DNA of 64,000 nt from NCBI GenBank assembly GCA_964590205.1, contig CAZPVO010000001.1, forward strand, positions 175,873 to 239,872, in the 5' to 3' direction. The stretch is from an uncultured Candidatus Saccharibacteria bacterium. GTDB lineage: Bacteria; Patescibacteriota; Saccharimonadia; Saccharimonadales; JAGQNJ01. Positions 45,601-53,502 of the stretch are shown piece after piece. The notes below the pieces were generated by a model. The model was given only the letters and a program-made list of their open reading frames with translations, was not told the origin of the DNA and searched no databases. The stretch's first letter is position 1. The number at the start of each line of letters is the position of its first letter. Both the position numbers and the translations under genes were made by a program.

Positions 45601-46224
45601 CCTATCAGTAGCTTAAATGTGGATCATCACAATAAACGTGTTGCTGTTGGTGGCAGTATTGTCGATGCCAGGGAGATAATTACCAGAAACGGTCAAAAAA
45701 TGGCCTTTGTAAAAATTAGCGATGAGCATTCAGAAATTGAAGTCGTACTGTTTCCAAGTATTTACCAGCAAACACTGGGCATTTGGGAGCGAGATAGAGT
45801 AGTTATTGTTAAAGGTAAAGTCTCTGCCCAGGATAAAGACGGTAATACATCGAACGAACTTAAAGTGTTGGCGGACGATGCGCGTGAAGTGACGCATGAA
45901 CAAGCTTCCGCTTATCAGCCAACTGGCAAAAAACCACCAATTCCGAAGGCAAGTAAGGCTAAACATATTTCTAGCGCCAGCAAGCCGGTAACGAATGAAA
46001 CCCATCGATTATACTTACGTTTACTCGATAGCAAGGACAGCGATCTATTGCTGACACTCAAACAGACAATTGATGCAAATCAAGGTGATCATGAAGTAGT
46101 TCTTGTACTTGGTCCAGATGAAGGCAAACAAGTCGTTAAATTGCCAGTTAAGTTTTCGCCCGAAAATGAGGCAATGGACAATATTATTGAGCTTATAGGT
46201 GCTGACAACGTCAAACTAGCTTAG
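42613..46224 (+). CDS. dnaE: DNA polymerase III alpha subunit
   Basis: PHP domain (HLHNHTQYSLLDG), the polymerase core GRGSGASS ... PDFDIDI, and an OB fold. The start is moved to ATG 42613 because TATAAT at 42596-42601 overlaps the TTG start in the track. Confidence 0.93.
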   Translation: MGNKVTLKQSDYVHLHNHTQYSLLDGLTKVPALMEVVQKSGMEAVAITDHGTLSGAIEFYKSAHAHKIKPIIGMETYIAARTHLDKEPEKDKPNYHLIILAKNNVGYQNLMRLSTIANLEGFYYKPRIDHQLLEKYHEGLIVLSGCIGGEVGDALRQDQYAKAVEIASWYKSIFGDDYYLELQDHGHPEHPNKWQEQMSVNEQLQKISKELNIPCVVTCDAHYLKHEDQTAHEILLCVQTGSFLSDEKRMSLSDFDLHVMEPEQVIKRWADNPEAIKNTKKIADKCDVTIELGKYLIPKFPVPKGENEKSYLDMLTYQGLVQRYSPDEKPAKTLSAIKKQLPKEVVERAEYELGVIDRMGFNGYFLIVQDFINWGKNEGIVFGPGRGSGASSIVAYGLRITELDPLKYDLMFERFLNPDRISMPDFDIDIQDSRRDEVIQYCVEKYGSNRVANIATFGTMAARNAVRDVARVLQVPYAESDRLAKSIPPPVQGRHIPLAKSLKENPELAEEYKSNEQTKEVFDLAVRLEGTIRSHGVHAAGVVIAPDEIVKFVPLEMAQKGVVATQYSMGPVEELGLLKMDFLGLSNLTIIKNTLRIIKRVYGEDIDINSVSMDDSKTYELLRAGDTTGVFQFESAGMKRYLKELKPNQFEDIIAMVALYRPGPMAEFPRFIEGKNNPSSITFLHPSLKAVLGDTYGVIVFQEQIIALLQLIAGYSPGEADLIRKAIGKKKRDIMESEQPRFIEGCLKQGLTEAGAKKLWALIQPFADYSFNKAHAACYALIAYQTAYLKAHYSAAFMAALMTSDFDDTDRLAIEINECKHIGIDVLPPDINESFVEFAVVPHKNQVRFGMAAIKNVGTGAVEEILRARQIDGTFMSLEDFFSKVSPRVVNRKTIESLIKAGAFDKFDNRSTLLHNIDVLLAYASRIHKQLASGQTDLFGNSEELNHHGKPQLKLESEQDEIPLSEQLLWERELLGLYLSQHPLDAYKSLLAEQSAPISSLNVDHHNKRVAVGGSIVDAREIITRNGQKMAFVKISDEHSEIEVVLFPSIYQQTLGIWERDRVVIVKGKVSAQDKDGNTSNELKVLADDAREVTHEQASAYQPTGKKPPIPKASKAKHISSASKPVTNETHRLYLRLLDSKDSDLLLTLKQTIDANQGDHEVVLVLGPDEGKQVVKLPVKFSPENEAMDNIIELIGADNVKLA

Positions 46225-46241
46225 CTAACTTCACACCGATC

Positions 46242-46339
46242 AGCCTGTCATCCAACAGAGCTGGCTGCGCTGCTGATCTCTTTGACTCATGCACAATTTT
46301 CTTCTGCGCTACTCCTGAGCAGTATTATCTATACAGCTC
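46242..46339. repeat. Palindromic intergenic element, copy C (between convergent dnaE and the CAP-domain gene)
   Basis: agcctgtcatccaacagagctggc (46242-46265) matches copy A at 5208-5231 in 20 of 24 positions. Nested stems gagctg/cagctc and ctgct/agcag. Confidence 0.4.
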
Positions 46340-46388
46340 AGTCCATTGCTCAAAGAAAAACTGCACCTGAGTCTAAAGTGTGAAGTTG

Positions 46389-47321
46389 CTACAAGATCAG
46401 GCCGACTTGTCTGGTAAAGAAGAAACTTCCAAGAATAACAAGTACCAAAATGACATCGACAGCCGGGTGAGTAACGACAAACTTCTCGCCCTTCTTTATC
46501 GAACGTTTGATAGCCAGACTATGCTTAAGGGCAAAAATCGCAATGGCTGCACCCATAACAAATGTAATTGTAGGAGTGATCCATGGGTACTTACTGCCCG
46601 TCAAGAGATCAATTCGACTGACAGTTTGTGGCTTTGAAGTTGGAGAGCCTTGCTGAGAAGTATTATATGACGTACTAGATACACTCCCCGAAGGGGTACT
46701 GGTGAAGCTAACAATTGGCGCTTCACTTGACGAGCGACCATACATGGCCACAACAACAGTCGAGGGGCCACTATTGTTATAGTTGTTACTACTGGCAATA
46801 CCAAAACCAACATCCAAAAAATCACCATCAAGGAGGTTTTGACGATGTGGTGGGCTATTCATCCAGCCATCAACAGTTGCGCTGCTATCTTTAAATCCAT
46901 ATGCCAGATTTTCTCCAGCTTTTTGATAGCTATAACCAGCATTACTTATAAATATCCAAGGCGGGTTGCCATCAGGGGTATTGTGCGACCAGTAATTGCG
47001 GGTAACCATATCCTCGGCTTTGGCTTGAGCTGCTGAATTTAGCTGATCGTTTAACCTCAAAGCACCCTTACTATTACTGGCTCTGTCTTTATTTGTAGCC
47101 GTAAGCAGACCTTGGGAGTTAGTATTGGTAGAGATAGCAAGTACGGAATGTGGCGATGGCTTAAAGACAACTGGTTTGAGCAACATAAGACCAACAACTA
47201 ACACCGTTACTAGCGGCAAGTATGGCCAGTAATGTTGAAGGTATTGTTTAGTATGTTTGTGTTTTGGGCGTAAGTTTGAATGATTTCTTTTATCACGCCT
47301 GATCACGCTACGCGCGGGCAT
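46389..47321 (-). CDS. CAP/SCP/PR1-like domain protein with N- and C-terminal TM helices
   Basis: YWSHNTPDGNPPW and GENLAYGF ... GWMNSPPHRQNLL are CAP-domain motifs. The start is refined to ATG 47321, 6 nt after a TATAAT box. Confidence 0.7.
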   Translation of the reverse strand: MPARSVIRRDKRNHSNLRPKHKHTKQYLQHYWPYLPLVTVLVVGLMLLKPVVFKPSPHSVLAISTNTNSQGLLTATNKDRASNSKGALRLNDQLNSAAQAKAEDMVTRNYWSHNTPDGNPPWIFISNAGYSYQKAGENLAYGFKDSSATVDGWMNSPPHRQNLLDGDFLDVGFGIASSNNYNNSGPSTVVVAMYGRSSSEAPIVSFTSTPSGSVSSTSYNTSQQGSPTSKPQTVSRIDLLTGSKYPWITPTITFVMGAAIAIFALKHSLAIKRSIKKGEKFVVTHPAVDVILVLVILGSFFFTRQVGLIL

Positions 47322-47327
47322 GAATAA

Positions 47328-47333
47328 ATTATA
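47328..47333 (-). promoter_or_regulatory. -10 box TATAAT (minus strand), 6 nt before the CAP-domain gene ATG, inside the 3' end region of trmH
   Basis: The minus strand reads ggTTATAATttattcATG. Confidence 0.45.
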
Positions 47334-47335
47334 AC

Positions 47336-47836
47336 CTAAAGCGGCATAAGCGTGCAATGGTAGAGCGCCATGGCAGCAGCCTGGACTACGTTAAAGGATT
47401 CTTTTTGCCCTTTCATCGGAATTTCGAGAGCAAAATCACATAAATCGAGTACCTCAGACTCGAGTCCTTCCACTTCTCGGCCTAAAATAATGGCCAGCAT
47501 TTCAGGAGGCTTGAAAGTATTAAGGGATATAGAACCTTCTGCTTGCTCTAATGCGGCAACCTTGTAGCCTGCTTTTTTAAGCTCAGCGATTAATGAATCT
47601 ATGTCGCTGCGCTGATGCCAATCGACAGTTTTCTCGGCTCCAAGTGCTGTTTTCTGTATCTGTGCATCGAGTTTTTTGGCTTCATGGGGCATTCGCTTAT
47701 CATTCTCAGCCAAAGGGTAAGGTGTATAGCCAGTTAAATATACTTTGCTTACTCCCAATCCGTCAGCAGTTCTGAGCAGTGAACCGACATTATGGGTGCT
47801 TCTTAGATTATGTGCTATCAGAATAATTTCGCGCAT
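47336..47836 (-). CDS. TrmH/SpoU-family RNA 2'-O-methyltransferase
   Basis: NVGSLLRTADGLG, ILGREVEGL, IPMKGQKESFNVVQAAAMAL. Confidence 0.85.
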   Translation of the reverse strand: MREIILIAHNLRSTHNVGSLLRTADGLGVSKVYLTGYTPYPLAENDKRMPHEAKKLDAQIQKTALGAEKTVDWHQRSDIDSLIAELKKAGYKVAALEQAEGSISLNTFKPPEMLAIILGREVEGLESEVLDLCDFALEIPMKGQKESFNVVQAAAMALYHCTLMPL

Positions 47837-47882
47837 GATAGCTATTTTACATTTATTAGGGGAAATATCACTCGCTTATGGT

Positions 47883-47888
47883 TATAAT
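47883..47888 (+). promoter_or_regulatory. -10 box TATAAT, 9 nt before the pilB ATG
   Basis: Direct read. Confidence 0.45.
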
Positions 47889-47897
47889 ATGTAGGTA

Positions 47898-49502
47898 ATG
47901 AGTCATGACGCAAGACGCGATGAAGAGCAGTTGACCCAACGGCGAGCTCGTATGCTGGGCTTTGAATATATTGATACATCACAAATTCAGGATAAGTTGC
48001 TGTATCCAAAACTTCTGAGCGTGCCTGAGCTCTACAGCATGAAGGTTATCCCAATCAACTCGGCGCAGGGACATATTACGTTCGGTATTACCACGACGAC
48101 TTCAAACCATACACTAGATACACTCAAACAGCGATTTCTGGATCAGCGCTTAGATTTCTCAATTATTTCTGATACTGGTTTTCGAGATTACATGCGATTG
48201 TATGATCCACCAAAGCCAATTGTATATCAGGATATTGAGCTGCCAACAGCCGGAACCGAAGCTTTAATTGAAGAAGTTTCACGTACGCTCGATTCTATAA
48301 AAGCCAACGATATGCTAGCTTACCTTGTCCAGCAGGCGCACAAATTAAAGGCCTCTGACATCCACATTGAGTCACAGCGTGGCTATGCGCGAATACGCTT
48401 GCGTATCGACGGAGTATTACACCCAATCGCACGTTTATCACCCATGAAAGAACATATTTTGTTGTCTGCAATTGCCAGTGCTGGTGATATTTCTACGGCT
48501 TCAAGCGATGCACAACAGGGGCATATTTCGCAAAAAATTCAGATGGCGGACGGCACTGATGTTGATGTTAACTTACGTTTGGAAACGGTGCCAACCGTCA
48601 ACGGTATTGATATTGTGATGAGACTTTTCAATATGGAGCAAGGAATGTACACGCTCGACAAACTTGCGCTGTCATCTGAGGAACGCAAAAAAGTCGATGA
48701 AATTATTAGCAAACCTACTGGACTTGTTATGGTTGTTGGTCCGACCGGTTCCGGAAAAACAACCACGCTGTATTCGATTTTAAACACGCTTAATTCTGAA
48801 GAGCGCAAAATTATTACCATTGAAGATCCGGTGGAATATCAGTTCGAAGGCGTTACGCAAATCCCAGTCTATTCAACCAGCGGGCAGGAAACAAATTTTG
48901 CCGACAAACTCCGGGCCGTACTTCGTTTAGACCCAGACATCGTGATGGTTGGTGAGATTCGTGATCTTGATACCGCAAAAACGGCGTTGCAGGCGGCCTT
49001 AACAGGGCACTTGGTGCTGGCGACTTTCCACGCCAGTTCAGCCGCTGCGGCCTTAACTCGTATTATGGACGTTGTTGGTGAAAATCCGTTGTTTGCTTCG
49101 GCTATTCGCTTAGTCATGGCTCAGCGACTTGTGCGAAAATTAGATGACAAAACAAAGAAGCCACGCAACCCGACCGAACAAGAACTCGCTAAAATCAAAG
49201 AAGTGTTAGCAACACTGCCGAAAGAAATCAAACAGCCTGATATTTCAAAGCTACAGCTATTTGATGCGGGTAAGTCTGACGACAACCCGTATGGGTATCG
49301 TGGTCAAGTGCCAATTCGTGAACAATTTACAATGACGGCCGATCTGGCCAAACTTATGCAATCTGGCGCAAAAAATCTGACAACTCAGGATATCGAAGCT
49401 GCGGCGATAAAAAGCGGTATGCGCACTATGCTGCAAGATGGGATCCTCAAAGTTGTTGCTGGTGAGACGACGATGGACGAAGTCTTCCGTGTGGTCGGCT
49501 AG
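47898..49502 (+). CDS. pilB: GspE/PilB-family type II/IV secretion (pilus assembly) ATPase
   Basis: T2SSE N-domain, Walker A GPTGSGKTTT, Asp box, Walker B IVMVGEIRD, His box. Confidence 0.88.
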   Translation: MSHDARRDEEQLTQRRARMLGFEYIDTSQIQDKLLYPKLLSVPELYSMKVIPINSAQGHITFGITTTTSNHTLDTLKQRFLDQRLDFSIISDTGFRDYMRLYDPPKPIVYQDIELPTAGTEALIEEVSRTLDSIKANDMLAYLVQQAHKLKASDIHIESQRGYARIRLRIDGVLHPIARLSPMKEHILLSAIASAGDISTASSDAQQGHISQKIQMADGTDVDVNLRLETVPTVNGIDIVMRLFNMEQGMYTLDKLALSSEERKKVDEIISKPTGLVMVVGPTGSGKTTTLYSILNTLNSEERKIITIEDPVEYQFEGVTQIPVYSTSGQETNFADKLRAVLRLDPDIVMVGEIRDLDTAKTALQAALTGHLVLATFHASSAAAALTRIMDVVGENPLFASAIRLVMAQRLVRKLDDKTKKPRNPTEQELAKIKEVLATLPKEIKQPDISKLQLFDAGKSDDNPYGYRGQVPIREQFTMTADLAKLMQSGAKNLTTQDIEAAAIKSGMRTMLQDGILKVVAGETTMDEVFRVVG

Positions 49503-50000
49503 CTAATCCTTATTTTGTTTTGGCGTGACGGTCATTTGTCCAACAGATCCACCTTCATAAGGTCTAATGGATCCTTTTACCATCAGCTCAGAGCTGATTG
49601 GGCGAGTTATGCCATTTCTTTCGTCTGAACGCAATTTACGGAAACAGTATCCAAGGCCACTAAAATTTATTCGTGAAAGATAATTAGGGCTGCCACGCTC
49701 AATGGTTGCTGTCAGTTTTGGATTATCAACAATCGTTTGGCCTTCGTCGTCTATATGTGTCGTTCTACCTAAAACAAAACGCAGAGAGTGAAAGCTTATC
49801 GCTCTGTCAAGATGCCCAATACCAAGTTCTTCGAGATGTTCAAGTGTTCCTGTTTCAACATCACTCACAACACTTCGAATGACGAGGGATTGAGGTGTGG
49901 CAATGCCAATTTCAGTATATCTATCTCCTAGGAGACCTTGAGGTAATGTAGGCAATTCAAAACCGTTAACATGCTGGATAGGGAGTTGAAGAGCTTTCAT
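49503..50000 (-). CDS. Hypothetical protein (165 aa)
   Basis: ORF only; no recognised motif. Its stop abuts the pilB stop. Confidence 0.4.
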   Translation of the reverse strand: MKALQLPIQHVNGFELPTLPQGLLGDRYTEIGIATPQSLVIRSVVSDVETGTLEHLEELGIGHLDRAISFHSLRFVLGRTTHIDDEGQTIVDNPKLTATIERGSPNYLSRINFSGLGYCFRKLRSDERNGITRPISSELMVKGSIRPYEGGSVGQMTVTPKQNKD

Positions 50001-50039
50001 ATAACGCGATAATAAACGAAAGTTATCAGTTATGCAATA

Positions 50040-51179
50040 TTATGTGATAACTTTAGCTATGGTGGGGACTAGACGATCGTCGAGGACTGATGGAATAATT
50101 TTGTCAGCTGTCGGTTTGTTAACTAAACTGGCTATTACTTCGGCGGCAGCAATTTTATGTCTATCAGTAATGTGCTTCACTTTATTATCAAGTGCTCCTC
50201 TAAAAATTCCTGGAAAAGCAATGGCGTTATTAACTTGATTTGGAAAATCAGATCTACCGGTTGCCATCACGGCAACGCCAGCCTTTTTGGCAATATCAGG
50301 CATAATTTCTGGTACGGGATTCGCCATGGCAATAATAATCGGGTCCTTGGCCATACTTTTGACCATTTCAGGGGTTACCAAGCCAGCAACTGACACACCA
50401 ATAAATATATCGGCATCTTTCATAGCGTCAGCTAGCAAACCCGTTTGATTGTTCTTGTTTGTAAATGTAAGCAACTTCTTTTTCTCGCTGTTCAGATCTT
50501 TTCGAGATTCTGCAACGATACCTTTACTGTCAACTGCCAGAATTTCTGGCTTTGCATACTTGTACAATAATTTCATGACAGCAGTTCCGGCCGCTCCCGA
50601 GCCAACACAAACAACTTTACAATCTTTAAGCTCACGGCCAGTAACTTTTGCGGCGTTGATAAGTCCGGCAAGTGCCACGACAGCTGTGCCATGTTGATCA
50701 TCGTGCATGACGGGAATACCTAAGTCTTTTTTGAGTCGGTCTTCGACTTCAAAACAGATAGGCGCGGCAATATCTTCCAGATTTATGCCACCAAAACTGG
50801 GTGCAATGGCCTTTACTGCGGCCACAATTTCATCTGCACTATGAACGTCTAAAACTATTGGCACGGCGTCGATGTTGGCAAAGTGTTTGAACAGCATGCA
50901 TTTACCTTCCATAACTGGCAACGCGCCGTATGGGCCGATATCACCAAGACCAAGTACGGCCGTACCATCGCTAATAACTGCTACAGAATTGTTTAGCCAT
51001 GTATAATCTCGAGCTTGATCTTCATGTTCAGAAACATAACTCGAAACAGTGCCGACACCTGGTGTGTAATAAATACTCAGCTTATCCTGTGTGTCCAGAT
51101 CATCCTTTAGCGAAACAGAGAGCTTACCCTTAAGTTCTTTGTGTTTTTGTAATGCAATTTTCCCAAAATTTTTTGCCAT
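50040..51179 (-). CDS. NAD(P)-dependent malic enzyme (short form)
   Basis: [38 protein letters not shown]. The start is refined to MAKNFGK (ATG at 51179). Confidence 0.88.
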   Translation of the reverse strand: MAKNFGKIALQKHKELKGKLSVSLKDDLDTQDKLSIYYTPGVGTVSSYVSEHEDQARDYTWLNNSVAVISDGTAVLGLGDIGPYGALPVMEGKCMLFKHFANIDAVPIVLDVHSADEIVAAVKAIAPSFGGINLEDIAAPICFEVEDRLKKDLGIPVMHDDQHGTAVVALAGLINAAKVTGRELKDCKVVCVGSGAAGTAVMKLLYKYAKPEILAVDSKGIVAESRKDLNSEKKKLLTFTNKNNQTGLLADAMKDADIFIGVSVAGLVTPEMVKSMAKDPIIIAMANPVPEIMPDIAKKAGVAVMATGRSDFPNQVNNAIAFPGIFRGALDNKVKHITDRHKIAAAEVIASLVNKPTADKIIPSVLDDRLVPTIAKVIT

Positions 51180-51534
51180 ATTTACACATAATATCACTCA
51201 TGTATAATTAATGCTTTGTTCATAAAATAAACGAAAGAAAATAAGTGGGCGAACTTCTTAATTTTCCAGGCCGTGGCAACGAGACAATTGGTGAACGACC
51301 TGTCTCCGAAATGGATGAAACAACATATAGCGATACAACACTTGAAAAAGCGGCTGCGCTGAATACGTCTATGATGAGCCGCATTCTGTTAGGTGATGTA
51401 AGTAGAGTGCCGGCTATCGATCGGCTGCTTGCACGGTTACCTAACAATAAAGATACGGCTCATCTGAGAGCAAGTGATCACGAGGGCTAACAGGGGTTGC
51501 ATCAGGCACGATAAAATGATAGGATTGTCTAGTT

Positions 51535-52089
51535 ATGCCAACAGTTTTGGAAGCTATCAACGCAAAGTATAAAAAAAGCCAGGTCGTCGATGTACGGTCA
51601 GGTGATACTGTGCGTGTGCACCAAAAAATTAAAGAAGGCAACAAAGAGCGTATTCAGATTTTTGAAGGTTTGGTTATTCGAACTGATCGAAAAGGCAGCC
51701 ACACCAGTTCAATTACTGTACGTCGAGTAGCCAGTGGTATTGGCGTCGAGAAAACATACCTCATGCATTCACCACTTGTTACTAAAGTAGAAGTTACCAA
51801 GCGAAGTAAAGTTCGCCGAAATTATCTCACGTACATGCGTGCGCGAACCGGTAAATCAGCACGGCTTTCAGGCGTAGATTTTGATAAAGAAAAAGTTAAC
51901 ACTGTCCATGACGAAAAGGCTGAAGCCGAAGAAGCTAAGCTTAAGGCAGAAGCAGAAGCCAAGCATGAACAACAAGCAGCTGAAAAGGCCAAGGAGCAAG
52001 CAAAAGAAGATGCTAAAGTTGAAGCAGCGCTAGCACAACACGACCAAGCTCAAGAAGAGCCAAAAACAGAAGACAAAAAAGGGAGATAA
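51535..52089 (+). CDS. rplS: 50S ribosomal protein L19 with approx. 70-aa Lys/Glu/Ala-rich C-terminal extension
   Basis: RSGDTVRVHQKIKEGNKERIQIFEGLVI...ITVRR...GVEKTY..HSP is collinear with L19. The extra tail begins after ARTGKSARL. Confidence 0.9.
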   Translation: MPTVLEAINAKYKKSQVVDVRSGDTVRVHQKIKEGNKERIQIFEGLVIRTDRKGSHTSSITVRRVASGIGVEKTYLMHSPLVTKVEVTKRSKVRRNYLTYMRARTGKSARLSGVDFDKEKVNTVHDEKAEAEEAKLKAEAEAKHEQQAAEKAKEQAKEDAKVEAALAQHDQAQEEPKTEDKKGR

Positions 52090-52110
52090 TTTTTACCCCT
52101 CAATTTTGAT

Positions 52111-52135
52111 AGCCGCCGTAAAGGGCGGTTTTTTT
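52111..52135 (+). terminator. Intrinsic terminator after rplS
   Basis: Stem ccgcc (52113-52117) pairs with ggcgg (52124-52128), extendable by G-U and A-U pairs. A run of 7 T follows. Confidence 0.7.
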
Positions 52136-52149
52136 ATGAGCAAGTAGAA

Positions 52150-52530
52150 TTATGAGCAAGTATATGTAACGCCGTTTTCTTCGTGTGTACCTGGACCAAG
52201 TTCTTTACACTTTTGAACAAGTTTGCTGCCGCCAAAAATAGCGAGTGATAAGAAAATAATGCCCACAATAATACCAATAATGCCAAGAATAATACCGGCC
52301 AAGGCCAGGCCATTGCTCATACCGGCACTTTTGGATTTTTTAAGACCAACAATTCCTAGAATAAGGCCAACGATTCCAAAGCCAAGCAATGAAAAAATTA
52401 AGCTCAAAATTCCCATGGTTTTGCCTGGGTTTTCGCCAGTAGGTGCTGGTGCGGCAGGCTGCTCTGGCGCAACTGGAGCGGGTGTAGGCGCAGGTGTTGG
52501 TGCTGGTGCAGGTTGTTGATTTGGATCCAT
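52150..52530 (-). CDS. DUF4190-like small membrane protein with Pro/Ala-rich N-terminus
   Basis: (PAPT)n tract followed by two Gly/Ile-rich TM helices. Confidence 0.55.
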   Translation of the reverse strand: MDPNQQPAPAPTPAPTPAPVAPEQPAAPAPTGENPGKTMGILSLIFSLLGFGIVGLILGIVGLKKSKSAGMSNGLALAGIILGIIGIIVGIIFLSLAIFGGSKLVQKCKELGPGTHEENGVTYTCS

Positions 52531-52585
52531 GAAGAGTTTCCTTTTTTAGATATATCAATAAGTATAACAGGTTTGAAAGTATATT

Positions 52586-52594
52586 TGTTATGCT
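52586..52594 (+). promoter_or_regulatory. Extended -10-like box (TGTTATGCT), 6 nt before the rnhB ATG
   Basis: Direct read. Confidence 0.35.
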
Positions 52595-52600
52595 AAGATC

Positions 52601-53164
52601 ATGGGGCAAATAGTCGGCATCGATGAAGTAGGTAGAGGTTGCTGGGCTGGACCACTTTTAGTTGTCGCAGCAAGGCAAATCAACCAGTTACCAACCACTC
52701 TTAAGGATTCCAAACTACTGACCAAGAAAAAGCGCGAGTTACTTTACTATGACATCGAAATCGCCTGCGACATTGGTGAAGGATGGGTGGAGCCTGCAGA
52801 AATCGATAAACTTGGGCTAACAAATGCGATGTTTTTAGCTGTCAAAAGAGCTCTATCGATGCTTAACGCTTCGCATGATGAAACTATTATTATGGACGGC
52901 AACATTAATTACTGCCCACAAGATTTTAAAAACGTTAGCTGTATCATTAAGGCTGATTCACTGCATCCGATTGTGAGTGCAGCAAGTGTTTATGCCAAAG
53001 TTAAGCGAGATCGATTTATGACCGACATAGCCAAAAAATACCCTGATTATCAATTTCAAAAACACGTTGGTTACGGCACGAAGCTTCATAATGATTTACT
53101 TAAAAAATTTGGCGTAAGCCCAATTCATCGTCTATCATACAAACCCATTCAAAGTTTGTTATGA
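52601..53164 (+). CDS. rnhB: Ribonuclease HII
   Basis: VGIDEVGRGCWAGPL, DSKLLTKKKRE, SAASVYAKV. Confidence 0.9.
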   Translation: MGQIVGIDEVGRGCWAGPLLVVAARQINQLPTTLKDSKLLTKKKRELLYYDIEIACDIGEGWVEPAEIDKLGLTNAMFLAVKRALSMLNASHDETIIMDGNINYCPQDFKNVSCIIKADSLHPIVSAASVYAKVKRDRFMTDIAKKYPDYQFQKHVGYGTKLHNDLLKKFGVSPIHRLSYKPIQSLL

Positions 53165-53502
53165 CATCGTTCAATACAGGAAGACAAGCTGAAAACGTAG
53201 CCGCCGAGCATCTAAAAAAGCTCGGTTTTAAAATCTTGGAGCAAAATTGGCGTACGAGATTTTGTGAAATTGATATTGTTGCTCAGAGGAACGGCACAAT
53301 ATACTTTGTTGAAGTAAAGTACCGCATCAATAATATGCAAGGTTCGGGCCTTGACTACATTACTCCGCAAAAGTTAAGGCAGATGCGCTACGCTGCCGAG
53401 TTTTGGGTTTCAAAACACAGCTGGGATGGGGATTACAACCTGGCTGCTATAGAAGTAGCTGGCACAGACTTTAGGGTTACTGAGTTTGTTGATTGGCTTT
53501 GA
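53161..53502 (+). CDS. YraN-family endonuclease (UPF0102)
   Basis: GRQAENVAAEHLKKLGFKILEQNWR...EIDIVA...FVEVKYR. Confidence 0.85.
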   Translation: MTSFNTGRQAENVAAEHLKKLGFKILEQNWRTRFCEIDIVAQRNGTIYFVEVKYRINNMQGSGLDYITPQKLRQMRYAAEFWVSKHSWDGDYNLAAIEVAGTDFRVTEFVDWL

